Positions 11,919-23,524 of a DNA stretch of 64,000 nucleotides are shown here, piece after piece; positions within the stretch are counted from its first letter, which is position 1, and each line of letters starts with the position of its first letter. The notes beneath the pieces are model-generated. The model did not search any database. It was not told the DNA's origin and was given only the letters and a program-made list of their open reading frames with translations. Source of the DNA: Mustelus asterias (Eukaryota); NCBI RefSeq assembly GCF_964213995.1, contig NW_027590123.1, forward strand, positions 1,798,001-1,862,000, given 5' to 3'. Position numbers and translations under genes: made by a program.

Positions 11919-14609
11919 AGAAGGAGGTAGAAGAGGGGGAGGGGTAGCATTATTGGTCAGAGATTGTATCACAGTGTCAGAGAGGAGGTTTGATGAGGAC
12001 TTATCTGTTGAGGTAGTATGGGCGGAGATTAGAAATAGGAGAGGAGAGGTCACCCTGTTGGGAGTCTTTTATAGACCTCCTAAAAGTTCTAGAGAGGTTG
12101 AGGAAAGGATTGCGGAGTCAATCCTGCTTAGGAGTGAAAGTAATAGGGCAATTGTTATGGGGGATTTTAACTTGACTAATATTGACTGGAATTGTTATAG
12201 CTCTAGCTCGTTAGAGGGGTCAGTTTTTGTTCAAAGCGTGCAGGAAGGTTTTTTGACTCAGTATGTAGACAGGCCAACTAGAGGTGAGGCTATATTGGAT
12301 CTGGTGCTGGGAAATGAGCCAGACCAGGTGCTAGACTTGGAAGTTGGTGTGCATTTTGGTGATAGTGACCACAATTCGGTTACGTTCACCTTAGTGATGG
12401 AAAGGGATAGGCATGAACCTCGGGCCAGTGGTTTTAGCTGGGGGAAGGGTAATTATGAGGCTATTAGGAGAGAATTAGGAAACATAGGTTGGACTAGGAG
12501 ATTACAGGGACTGGGAACGTCCGACATGTGGAGTTTTTTCAAGGAGCAGCTACTGCGAGTCTGTGATAGGTATGTCCCTGTCAGGCAAGGAGGAATTGGT
12601 AGGGCTAGGGAACCGTGGTGCACCAAAAAAGTTTCTTTGTTGGTTAAAAAGAAAAAGGAGGCTTATGTTCGGATGAGACGTGAGCACTCGGGTAGTGCAC
12701 TAGAAAGCTTTAGATTGGCTAAGAGGGAGTTGAAGAGCGAGCTTAGAAGGGCTAAAAGGGGACATGAGAAGACTTTGGCGGATAGGGTTAAAGAGAATCC
12801 TAAGGCGTTCTATAGGTATGTCAAGAACAGAAGGTTGGTTAGGGCAAGTTTAGGGCCAGTTATAGATGGCAGAGGGAAGTTATGTGTGGAACCGGAGGAG
12901 ATTGGTGAAGCATTGAACCAATATTTCTCTTCGGTGTTCACGCAAGGGGACATGAATATAGCTGAGGAGGACACTGGGTTGCAAGGGAGTAGAATAGACA
13001 GTATTACAGTTGATAAGGAGGATGTGCAGGATATTCTGGAGGGTCTGAAAATAGATAAATCCCCTGGTCCGGATGGGATTTATCCAAGGATTCTCTGGGA
13101 GGCAAGAGAAGTGATTGCAGAGCCTCTGGCTCTGATCTTCAGGTCGTCGTTGGCCTCTGGTATAGTACCAGAAGATTGGAGGTTAGCGAATGTTGTCCCA
13201 TTGTTTAAGAAGGGGAACAGAGACTTCCCCGGGAATTATAGACCGGTGAGTCTCACTTCTGTTGTCGGCAAGATGTTGGAAAAAATTATAAGGGATAGGA
13301 TTTATAGTTATTTGGAGAGTAATGAATTGATAGGTGATAGTCAACATGGTTTTGTGGCAGGTAGGTCGTGCCTTACTAACCTTATTGAGTTTTTTGAGAA
13401 AGTGACCAAGGAGGTGGATGGGGGCAAGGCAGTGGACGTGGTATATATGGATTTTAGTAAGGCGTTTGATAAGGTTCACCATGGTAGGCTTCTGCAGAAA
13501 ATGCAGATGTATGGGATTGGGGGTGATCTAGGAAATTGGATCAGGAATTGGCTAGCGGATAGGAAACAGAGGGTGGTGGTTGATAGTAAATATTCATCAT
13601 GGAGTGCGGTTACAAGTGGTGTACCTCAGGGATCTGTTTTGGGGCCACTGCTGTTTGTAATATTTATTAATGATCTGGATGAGGGTATAGTTGGGTGGAT
13701 TAGCAAATTTGCTGATGACACCAAAGTCGGTGGTGTGGTAGACAGTGAGGAAGGGTGTCGTAGTTTGCAGGAAGACTTAGACAGGTTGCAAAGTTGGGCC
13801 GAGAGGTGGCGGATGGAGTTTAATGCGGAGAAGTGTGAGGTAATTCACTTTGGTAGGAATAACAGATGTGTTGAGTATAGGGCTAACGGGAGGACTTTGA
13901 ATAGTGTGGAGGAGCAGAGGGATCTAGGTGTATGTGTGCATAGATCCCTGAAAGTTGGGAATCAAGTAGATAAGGTTGTTAAGAAGGCATATGGTGTCTT
14001 GGCGTTTATTGGTAGGGGGATTGAATTTAGGAGTCGTAGCGTTATGTTGCAACTGTACACAACTCTGGTGCGGCCGCACTTGGAGTACTGTGTGCAGTTC
14101 TGGTCCCCACATTACAGGAAGGATGTGGAGGCTTTGGAGAGGGTGCAGAGGAGGTTTACCAGGATGTTGCCTGGTGTGGAGGGGAGATCCTATGAGGAGA
14201 GGCTGAGGGATTTGGGATTGTTTTCGCTGGAAAGGCGGCGGCTAAGAGGGGATCTTATTGAAACATATAAGATGATTAGAGGTTTAGATAGGGTGGATAG
14301 TGATAGCCTTTTTCCTCTGATGGAGAAATCCAGCACGAGGGGGCATGGCTTTAAATTGAGGGGGGGTAGTTATAGAACCGATGTCAGGGGTAGGTTCTTT
14401 ACCCAGAGGGTGGTGAGGGATTGGAATGCCCTGCCAGCATCAGTAGTAAATGCGCCTAGTTTGGGGGCGTTTAAGAGATCCGTAGATAGGTTCATGGACG
14501 AAAAGAAATTGGTTTAGGTTGGAGGGTCACAGTTTTTTTTTAACTGGTCGGTGCAACATCGTGGGCCGAAGGGCCTGTTCTGCGCTGTAATGTTCTATGT
14601 TCTATGTTC
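11919..14609 (+). mobile_element. Young 5'-truncated CR1 LINE with target-site duplication TAAGT
   Basis: TAAGT at 11914-11918 and 14610-14614; (TTCTATG)n tail; uninterrupted ORF2. Confidence 0.96.
11953..14517 (+). CDS. CR1 ORF2, partial (C-terminal part of APE endonuclease plus reverse transcriptase), 854 aa open frame
   Basis: YRPP, GDFN, LDLV and SDH (APE); KSPGPDG, NYRPVSLTS, DFSKAFD, GVPQGSVLGP and FADD (RT). The N-terminus is missing. Confidence 0.9.
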   Translation: MVRDCITVSERRFDEDLSVEVVWAEIRNRRGEVTLLGVFYRPPKSSREVEERIAESILLRSESNRAIVMGDFNLTNIDWNCYSSSSLEGSVFVQSVQEGFLTQYVDRPTRGEAILDLVLGNEPDQVLDLEVGVHFGDSDHNSVTFTLVMERDRHEPRASGFSWGKGNYEAIRRELGNIGWTRRLQGLGTSDMWSFFKEQLLRVCDRYVPVRQGGIGRAREPWCTKKVSLLVKKKKEAYVRMRREHSGSALESFRLAKRELKSELRRAKRGHEKTLADRVKENPKAFYRYVKNRRLVRASLGPVIDGRGKLCVEPEEIGEALNQYFSSVFTQGDMNIAEEDTGLQGSRIDSITVDKEDVQDILEGLKIDKSPGPDGIYPRILWEAREVIAEPLALIFRSSLASGIVPEDWRLANVVPLFKKGNRDFPGNYRPVSLTSVVGKMLEKIIRDRIYSYLESNELIGDSQHGFVAGRSCLTNLIEFFEKVTKEVDGGKAVDVVYMDFSKAFDKVHHGRLLQKMQMYGIGGDLGNWIRNWLADRKQRVVVDSKYSSWSAVTSGVPQGSVLGPLLFVIFINDLDEGIVGWISKFADDTKVGGVVDSEEGCRSLQEDLDRLQSWAERWRMEFNAEKCEVIHFGRNNRCVEYRANGRTLNSVEEQRDLGVCVHRSLKVGNQVDKVVKKAYGVLAFIGRGIEFRSRSVMLQLYTTLVRPHLEYCVQFWSPHYRKDVEALERVQRRFTRMLPGVEGRSYEERLRDLGLFSLERRRLRGDLIETYKMIRGLDRVDSDSLFPLMEKSSTRGHGFKLRGGSYRTDVRGRFFTQRVVRDWNALPASVVNAPSLGAFKRSVDRFMDEKKLV

Positions 14610-14835
14610 TAAGTCTCCGGATTTCCCAGATATGTTCTCGGCTGCTTTACAGAAAGGAAACAACACTGTTCCTTTAAATATCGCCAGCTCTCTTCTCTCT
14701 GACACCGCCGTGTATTTCTGTGCCATGGAGCACACACTGGTTCAGAGATATGGCGAAACCTGTACAAAAATCCCAGGCTGGGAGTTCTAGATAGTGGTCC
14801 GCAAGGGCGTGCTCACACTGATAAACAGAAACAAG

Positions 14836-14970
14836 ATGTGGCGGTGCCGGCGTTGGACTGGGGTGAACACAGTAAGAAGTCTCACAACACCAGGCTAAAG
14901 TCCAACAGGTTTATTTGGTAGCAAATACCATAAGCTTTCGGAGCACTGCTCCTTTGTCAGATGGAGTGGA
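14836..14970 (-). mobile_element. Penelope-type short repeat (family A) with minimal hammerhead-ribozyme motif at 14964-14928
   Basis: Minus strand CCAT-CTGACAA-A-GGAGC-AGT-GCTCC-GAAA-GC-TT-ATGG; homologous to 30860, 33235, 39434 and 51440. Confidence 0.7.
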
Positions 14971-15705
14971 AATCTGCTCTCAAACAGTGCAAACAGACAA
15001 AATCAGAAAAAATTCAGTCCTGTCTATCCACAGGACTAACACAGGACTATCCACAGAAACAATTCAGTCTTAACAGTGAGTGTCACCGGATCATAAACAG
15101 AATAACAAAACAAAACACAACGCTCAACATGAAAAGCTGAGCCGCAGTTGGTTTTAACTTGCAACTATGCTAAAAATGCATTTATTGTTAGTTAACTCAC
15201 ACTTACCCTTTTGCTAATATTTCCTTGAATATGTGAATTATTTACCATCATCACTCTTCGTTTTGTGGTCGGTTTGATCAAAGGGTCTATTTGATCGGAG
15301 TATTGTGCTCGCTAAGGGATCAGTTATATAACATGTGCATTTCACAAGCTTGACACAGAACCATTTAAGCAATCCCTGGGAGCAAGGTACAATCAATGTC
15401 CATTCTCATTTTCAATGTTTTTTGACATAATTCGCAACTTTATAATAACCGGACCAGCGACTTTAATCCCACCCCTGTCCCTAACAATAGAACGATATTC
15501 CTAATAAGCTCACTGAATGTAACCCAGCTTGGGATATTTCTGCTCACTGAAAACCATGTATCCATCCACAGGACTAAAAACACGACAGGGGACACACGAA
15601 AGTGAGGTGCGAAGATCCGATCACATTATAGCAGATTAATAAGAGTGTGGATTGGAACGAGAGTTTTCTTGCGTCAACTTACCCTTCTACAGAGCGGCCA
15701 GCGAC

Positions 15706-16130
15706 AATGTGTAAGGCAGCAACTGGTTGTATGGGGGCGGGGAGGGGGGATTTCGGGCAGATAATTGTGAAATGTACACATTTAATCTGTTTTCCAAATC
15801 ATGTTGGAGAGTTTAAAGCACTCCAATATGATTAGTTCAGATTCTAATATACATTTCAGATCAGAGTCATGGAAATTCTGTCACTTAATTACTGTCCTCA
15901 AATGATACGACAGAAGGAGAAGTGTTTTTTTAAAGTTTCACCTATGATACTACATGGAGTGATTTGGTTTTATTCTGGCATTGTCCAATCCCGATAAACT
16001 GCACTCACAGGAAGTTTTACTCATGTCTGCAGACAAGCGGTGAGACAAACAATAGCAACAGCACCATTCAGGCATCCAAACCTCTCTCAATTTCAATGTG
16101 GAGAAATTGGACTCTGCAGAGTTGATCAGA
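15706..16130 (+). pseudogene. Ancient V-segment relic
   Basis: Acceptor TTTCAG at 15859, then DQSHG-NSVT*; later LFWH and NVEKLDSA (FR3-like); paralogous to 29767-30200. Confidence 0.5.
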
Positions 16131-16812
16131 AGAAGGGCTCACGTACGGAGTTCGTGATGAATCATAGGATCATAGAAAAATAATCGTTGCAGGTCAGAAG
16201 GGGGCATTCGGCCCATCGAGTCTGCACCTGCCACAATCTCACGCAGGCCCTATTCCCGTCACCCCACACATTTACTCTGCTAATCCCGCTGACACAGAAG
16301 TCAATTTAGCATGGCTAATCAATCTAACCCGCACATCTTTGCAGCCCCACCCGTGCACTCTGCATTATCTCCGGGAGCTCCTGTCTGCTGGCTTTTCAAT
16401 TTTGTGATTCATTTCTTAAAGTTACAAAGCCAATGCGCAGAGCGGAGAAGCCAATCAAGAATCAATCTCCACACTTGCCCCTACATCAATTCAAATTCAA
16501 ATTCAATCCAATTGACGATCCCCACAAGAGATATGAGCAAGATCCAAGCTGACAAGATAAGGTATTGCACGTGAACTTGGGCTTTATGTGACGCTTAGTC
16601 TTAGCCAAAAACCCGAGAAGATTGCAGCGGTTAGACTCGTGGACAGTTGCAGCCACAATGAGGACCGGCGCTGTCAGCTGCTCAAACATACACCGAGAGA
16701 AACCAAATTAGCATTGTATCAAACTGTCACGCACCTATTTACAGCAGTGGCTGAGAGAACAGGCAGCAGAATATGATCAGGCCGCCAGTTCCATCATCAA
16801 ATCAGCCAACAG

Positions 16813-17121
16813 ATAGAAAACATAGAATCCCTACCGTGCAGAAGGAGACCATTCGGCCCATCGATTCTGCACCGACACCAATCCCACCCTATCCCCGGAA
16901 CTCCATTCATTTACCCTAGCTGCCCTCCTGACGCTACGGGCAGCTTATCATGGCCAATCCACCAAACTCGCACATCGTTGGACTGTGGGAGGAAAGCGGA
17001 GCACCCAGAGGAAAACCACGCAGACACGGGAAGAACGTGTAAACTCCACACAAACAGTGAGCCAGCGCCGGAATTGAACCCGGGTCCTGGCGCTGTGAGG
17101 CAGCAGTGCTAACCACTGTGC
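16813..17121 (-). mobile_element. HE1-like tRNA-derived SINE
   Basis: Minus-strand head GCACAGTGGTTAGCACTGCTGCCTCACAGCGCCAGGACCCGGGTTCAATTCC, body, and CR1-derived tail GGGATTCTATG. Confidence 0.88.
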
Positions 17122-17444
17122 AATCATGCGGCCATGAATAAATAAAATCATGCAGGCTTCCCTCAACCGAACTGAGAAAGTTTTAATAATGTTTCTGCCC
17201 GGTCCGAAACAGGGACGTTTAGCGTGTGATGCGAATGTGATGACCACTACAGAAACTGTTAAAAAGAGAGAGTTTGCGAACTGCCATTAAGTTTACATCG
17301 AGCCAGGCTGCAATCTTCTGATTATAGTCAGACGGGTTATTAGTTGCGCCACTGGCCCACATTGAGCTAGTCATCTCCCTGCTTCTGATCAGATGTCAAT
17401 TCCATAACCTCAGAGCTGGATATTCAGATAAGGTCCGGGAGACC

Positions 17445-18225
17445 TTTTGGTAGGACAAATTTAAATGTGGATTACAGGGTCAAAGGTAGGGTTCTGAAGA
17501 ATGTGGAGGAACAGAGAGATGTTGGGGTTCATATCCATAGATCTCTGAAGGTTGCCACTCAAGTGGATAGAGCCGTGAAGAAGGCCTATAGTGTGTTGGC
17601 GTTCATTAACAGGGGGTTTGAGTTTAAGAGCCGTGGGGTTATGCTGCAACTGTACAGGACCTTGGTGAGACCACATTTGGAATATTGTGTGCAGTTCTGA
17701 TCACCTCACTACAAGAAGGATGTGGAGACACTGGAAAGAGTGCAAAGGAGATTTACCAGGATGCTGCCTGGTTTGGAGGGTAGGTCTTATGAGGAAAGGT
17801 TGAGGGAACTTGGGCTTTTCTCTTTGGAGCGGAGGAGGTTGAGAGGAGACTTGATCGAGGTTTACAAGATGATGAGGGGGATAGATAGAGTGAACGTTCA
17901 AAGACGATTTCCCCGGGTGAATGGAGCGGTAACTAGGGGGCATAACTATAGGATTCATGGTGGGAGATATCGGAAGGATGTCCGAGGTAGGTTTTTTACT
18001 CAGAGAGTGGTTGGGATGTGGAATGGAGTGCCTGCAGGGATAGTGGAGTCAGAAACTTTAGGAACATTTAAAAAGCTATTGGATAGGCACATGGAGTACA
18101 TCGGGATGATAGGGAGGAAATAGCTTGATCTGGGTTTCAGACAAAGCTCGGCACAACATCGTGGGCCGAAGGGCCTGTTCTGTGCTGTACTGTTCTATGT
18201 TGTACTGTTCTATGTTCTATGTTCT
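17445..18225 (+). mobile_element. CR1 LINE 3' fragment, same subfamily as 3659-5537
   Basis: ORFs 17467-17700 and 17722-18123 are nearly identical to 3743-4303; (TTCTATG)n tail. Confidence 0.95.
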
Positions 18226-18324
18226 TGAGAGTTGTTTCTGATCAGTTGTTAATTCCCATGATCTCAGGGCTGGATGTTCCGATCAGCTCCGGGAAAGATG
18301 TTTCTGAACATCAGACACGACCCA

Positions 18325-18810
18325 CTGACGTCACTCGGACTTCACAGTGACGCCACATGCCTGCAGTGTGACGTCACATATGCCCGCTTTCTGACGTCAC
18401 AATACACGATGCTCTGACGTTGGGTGTACAGTGGTGAGCACTGCTGCCTCATAGCGCCAGGGACCCGGATTCAATTCCAGCCTTGGCTCACTGTCTGTGT
18501 GGAGTTTACACATTCTCCCCGTGTCTGCGTGTGTTTCCTTCGGGTGCTCTGGTTATCTCCCACACTCCAAGGATGTGCAGATTAGGTTGATTGGCCCTAG
18601 TGCCAGGGGGATTAGCGGGATAAATATGTGTAGTTACGGGGAGAGGGCTTGAGTGGGGCTGTGGTCGGTGTAGGTTGAATGGGCCGAATCGTCTCCTTCT
18701 GCCCAGTCGGGGTTCTATGATTCTGTGACGTTCAGTGCCGGATGCTCTGACGTCAGAATGCCGGATGTCCTGACTTCACAATACCCGATGTTCTGTCGCA
18801 TGCGCACTCT
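18325..18810 (+). promoter_or_regulatory. Array of ~23-bp repeats each carrying a CRE-like TGACGTCA, upstream of the V at 19007 (split by a SINE)
   Basis: Several perfect TGACGTCA plus variants in the unit GATGCTCTGACGTCACAATGCCG; ends in GCATGCGCA. Confidence 0.65.
18421..18724 (+). mobile_element. HE1-like SINE inserted in the CRE array
   Basis: tRNA-like head, body and TTCTATGATTCT tail; flanked by TGACGTT on both sides. Confidence 0.88.
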
Positions 18811-19006
18811 CCTCCCCCACACTATCAATGCTGAAGCTCCCTCACTGATTCACTTTGTGATCACAAATTCCCGCGACCCGGCTCTCACCGCCACTGTATG
18901 ACTGGTTTGGGGCTCGGTTTGATAGCCAATAGCATTGCTTTCCCAGGAGCTGATCTCAGCCTGGGATCTGCTGACAGCTGTTTCACACAAGTCGATAGAA
19001 TCCAAC

Positions 19007-19530
19007 ATGTTTCTGAGCTTCACGTTGGTGATTGTTTTCCTGGATTTCTTACTGTTCCCTCAATGTAAGTGTGGTCACTATTTCTGACAGGAATATTTCA
19101 CACCTCAGCAATGTTATGTTCTGTTAAATTGTACTCAGCTTTATTTTATTATCTCGAATTGTGAATGCAATTGTACTTTATTGTGCTACATTATAGTACG
19201 ATATATTATTACTGCAAATGTACAATTGCAGGTGCTGCTGGCAGTGAAGAGCTATCACAGTCTCCGGAGTCAGTGATTGTTACCGAGGGAGCCACTGCGT
19301 CGTTGAAATAGCTGAACAGGACCTGCAATGGTACAGACAAAGTCCAGACAGAACCGTGCAGCACCTGGTGAGCGGTACCAGCGATCAGGGCAGGATCACG
19401 GCTCGATACAGTTTCTCAGAGAAACGCAGCGTTCTGAATGTTAGTGAAACTCGACTGACAGACACCGCTACCTATTTCTGTGCGATGGAGGCACACTGTA
19501 GCAAAGACCGTACAGGGCCGTACAAAAACC
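19007..19530 (+). pseudogene. TCR alpha-like V pseudogene with intact 23-RSS (leader 19007-19064; V exon from 19232; RSS 19492-19530)
   Basis: Leader MFLSFTLVIVFLDFLLFPQ; SEELSQSPESVIVTEGATASLK* (stop at Cys1, CDR1 deletion); LQWYRQ..RLTDTATYFCAME; CACACTG + 23 nt + ACAAAAACC. Confidence 0.92.
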
Positions 19531-21306
19531 TGCCACGATCACCCGGAACGTGTATAGCCTGTGTAGAGAGCAACGACTTTAATCACTCTCTGCCTTGGCT
19601 ACGCACCAGTCACCCGATCAGTCAGACCTGTTCCTGATTTGGGGTTACTCTTTAACATCAAAAGAGAAAGCACAAAATACATTTAAATTCGATTATTTTC
19701 CGTGGAAATGGCATCCAGGGAGTAGGTGTTCCATGGTGCTTCCAGATTGAAATCATCGTGCTATTCGGTGAATCAAACTTCGAAGGATCTTTGTCTATTT
19801 CCTGTGATAAATCCCATTCCAGTCTGTGACACATTCTGAGTTGGCTGCAGGGCCGAGTGACACACTCGGCCCTGCAGCCGAGTCTCCCAGAATCAATCGG
19901 CGGTGAAGGCTCGGGAAGGGCAGTCAGTGATTTTAAGGGATAGCCACTCCATATCTGAAAGCTTTCTGTACCTATCTAGACAGAGCATTATTCCGGGTAA
20001 GTTACGGGATATTTAATGAAGCGTGGAGGCCCAGACATTGAAATACCTCCCAAGATCTCTCAGACCGGTTCGCTGTTGATTGGAAGGAACAAAGGCAGCA
20101 ATGCAACTGTTTGATAAATAAACGAACATTGATCCCACTTTCACAGAAAAATGGACAGGATGTCTCGATAAATGTTATTCATTTCATTGATATTTGTTAC
20201 CGTCTGGAGTAGAGCGCCGCAAACTATAAGGGAAGAACATTCAATAGTAAATTTCAAAAAGGCATTGCCAGACCTTCAGAACGGAAAACAACACGTGGAA
20301 TGCGGGGTGAAAAGAGCAATTGGGAAAGACCTTTCATGCAGCCACAGGGAGAGACAATTGTTTCTGATCCATTCGCGCCCGTCCGACACTATTTTTTCTC
20401 AGTCACTTGAGCAGTAAGCAGATGCAGGTTGTCACAGACTGCTGCAGGTTCAACTGTCGCTGTTTCCACTCCGTCACCTGCGACTGCCGCTGAGAACTCC
20501 GCACTTCCATCAGCTTTGAGTCTGCGGTGACCCCGGTCACAGCTTCCGTTTGCTGCGCTCACTCTAACACCATTGTGCTTTTCGAGACATTGCTGCCGCT
20601 GGCGATTCCTGTCATTGGTTAGATCAGAAGTTCAGTGTTTAAGTCTATTTATTAGTGTAGCAAGTAGGCTTATATTAACACTGCAATGAAGTTACTATGA
20701 AAATCCCCTAGTCGCCACACTCCGGCGACTTTTCGGGTACACTGAGGGAGAGTTTAGCATGACTGATTAGAACAAAGAACAAAGAACAATACAGCACAGG
20801 AACAGGCCCTTCGGCCCTCCAAGCCCAATTAGCGACTGATTCAGGAAGTAGTGCGTGGTCCTATCAGATAATACAGTCTTTTTAACGAGGTGAGTCTGTG
20901 TTGAAATTATTATTGAGCATTCCAAGTATTCATAACTACAGCAAACTTTGACACATTTAATGTTTGGTTCCAGGAATTGCTGGCGCAGACTGAATGGCCT
21001 TCGGCCCATCTCAATTAACGGCTCTGGAAGAACATAAAACAGTAATTTTTGGCTACATGTTCTCTACATCTGAGAGCTTTCATTATCGCTGCTCTGAAGT
21101 GGATATTGCAGGTTTACTGTTTGCATTGTGTCTTGGAGATAGGTCTCATGATTTCACAATCTGCTCCTTTGGTGACCTAGACAAGGGCAGAGATAACACT
21201 ATAACCGCAATAAATCGACATGATTTCTTTCGTGAACCCAGGATCAAAGCATTCCCGGAGACAAGGGCAGGAAAGCAAATTTAGTGGGGTTGTAAATGCC
21301 GGCTGA

Positions 21307-22280
21307 GGTTTTTGTGCGGGGATTTAGTTGTAATCTAACGCTGTGCCTCACTGCTCAGTCATAGACTGCCCCGTCCTCCACACGGAGGGCGCTTATAATG
21401 AGGGAACCATTCTGATTAGACTTGTCAGCAGCCGCTAGATATTGTCCTGATGCTTTATCATCCTTCAGTGCTAATACTTTAGTAATAATCCACATTGGTG
21501 GTTGTACTGTTTTCTGCTGATATCACTGCATTTATTCCATATCCTTGTCTGTATATTTGCACCGAATCCCCTTCTGATACGATTATTGCCACCGGTGACT
21601 GAGTTACTGGATCTGCACACAGTCTGCCTATGAAGGTAAAAGAATGCAACATAAACCGAATTGACATAAATTTGTTTGTAAATGTGTGAGTTTCTGGAAT
21701 CTCGACTCTACATATAATATCGATACTTCTGATAGCAAATTATAGTTAATTATATGCAACATTGTTTATGACATATTATTATATACTACATATAATAATA
21801 TATATTTCTAATATATATATGTATATATATATATCTTTCAGTGGCTGGAACGGGGAGGTGTCTGGAGCGATTAAATAAAACTTCCAGTGTAAATATTCCG
21901 CACTTTCAAACGAAATCAGTTCCTTGCCTCCAGTCCGTGGAACTGGAACTGGAAGCTAATCAGGATCTGTGTGTTTGAAAGTCTGGTGATTGAAGTCATT
22001 CACTGGTACCAAAGGAGCTGGAATCTCAGCCCAACTAATTCTCTCTCAGTCCCTGGGGGAAATGTGCCTACTGACAAAGCAGTGTTCAGTGTTGAGACCA
22101 GCGAGACTCGAATGACTTTTCGAAGTTTGATGAATCCATCACCCGAACACCCAACCCGTTGTACTGAGCTCGAAAGAATATAGTGTGAGGTAAAGATACG
22201 AAATAAAGTTGAGCAACTCGTAAACTTACATGTTTAAAGAGCTGCCGCTTTGAGGAATAAGTAAAGAGTAACCGGAGATG
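21307..22280 (-). pseudogene. TCR alpha/delta V pseudogene with intact 23-RSS (V exon 21627-21346; degenerate leader about 22280-22230)
   Basis: CADPVTQSPVAIIVSEGDSVQI..; GQYLAAADKSNQNGSLIISALRVEDGAVYD*AVR; CACAGCG + 23 nt + ACAAAAACC; GTAAGT donor near 22229; CRE/CCAAT-like motifs at 22370-22415. Confidence 0.85.
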
Positions 22281-23482
22281 TGTCTGCAGAGAGCGCGCGG
22301 CGGATTTCACCAGAACGGGTTGAAGCTGAAATTGTTTTATTCAAGAGTTAGAAAGAAGTTGAGTTCCTGTTGATTGGTGCATTGCCGGCAACGTCATCAG
22401 ATGACATCCAATCGGCTTCAAACTCCTTTGTTCTCCAAGTCAGTCAATGATCTCGCAGCTCCTTTATCTCCAATGAATCCTACTGGCGCAGGGCGAAAGG
22501 AACAAAGTGAATTTGTTCATCTCACTGCAGCGAATTGGAATGCAATCAAACTGAATGATGACCGTATAACATTTCCAATCTCTCGGGCGTGGGTAGAGAA
22601 GTGCAACAGCTTTTGGTTTTCCAGTACCTCTTCTGGGTGCTCTAATTTAAATCGCTACTCAAAAACGGTGAGAATTCCCTGCAGTCGATAGCGGCGGCCA
22701 TTGGGTTCTCAGGGATTGGAAGAGACCAGTATCAGAAATAGATAAACAACACATTGTAAATGAACTAAATGGTGGGGGAAAGCGCATTGCCTATTTGATG
22801 GATTTAAGCAGAATGGGGATGTGTGTTCAGCCCACGGACTCAGTGATCATGAGTGATTTGGTAATTAGAAATATTTGTAGGCTATTTATTATAAAAATAA
22901 CAATGTTCAGAGTAGCTTAATAATTAACCAGCAGGGCCACAGGCTTGCCCTGGAACTTGATGTCTGCATTTAAATCTATTTGATTTTAAAAAACTGGGCA
23001 AGCCTCCTTTCACAACACCTTCCGATCCCGAAATCTATAATATTTCGAAGGACAGGGGCAGCAGACACATTGCGATAACATCATCTGCAAGTTCACCTCC
23101 AGGTCACACATCATGCCGACGTGGAAATATATCGCCATTCCTTTAGATTCGCTTGCTGCGAAACTCCTGCAAATCACTATACTAAAAATATCTTTACGAA
23201 TTTGTGCAGCAGACAGAAAATTAGAAATGTGAGGAAGGAGAAATGCAAGAAAGCGAGAAATAAAGATTCCAAAATGCAAAATAAAAAAGATACGAACAAG
23301 ATGTAAATAGGTTCATAAATAAAGGGAAATGCATTTCCTGCCGACTGACTCGCATTCAAATTCGTCTATTTGCAGTGCTGAATTGTTTGAAACACATTTC
23401 TCAAAAGAAGACCACTGGAAATGCCCCATTGATGATCTTGCACTTTATTGGTGATCAGAACAGTGTACAGTTCCCTGACTCA

Positions 23483-23496
23483 CCGTCAGAGGGCGC
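23483..23496 (+). promoter_or_regulatory. CTCF-like motif
   Basis: CCGTCAGAGGGCGC, one mismatch to the core consensus. Confidence 0.5.
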
Positions 23497-23524
23497 TGTG
23501 GTCACATGTTTCCCGCAGTTCCCA

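Larger units (their letters stand above)
11495..14772 (+). pseudogene. TCR alpha/delta V pseudogene split by a CR1 insertion (leader 11495-11540; V exon 11734-11918 and 14615-14732; RSS 14733-14772)
   Basis: Leader MCSSFWLLIIMVLLI; EDSVFQGRSELSVLEGQNITLDCKYST..LFWYTQYPGK; 1-nt frameshift; ..GDTDK | SPDFPDMFSAALQKGNNTVPLNIASSLLSDTAVYFCAME; CACACTG + 24 nt + ACAAAAATC. Confidence 0.92.

Noticed and set aside
18325-18810. CRISPR-like repeat array
   Set aside because: This is a eukaryotic locus, the units are contiguous degenerate repeats without unique spacers, and there are no cas genes.
21378-21393. CTCF-like CCACACGGAGGGCGC
   Set aside because: It lies inside the V coding remnant (SALRVED) and mismatches the core AG.
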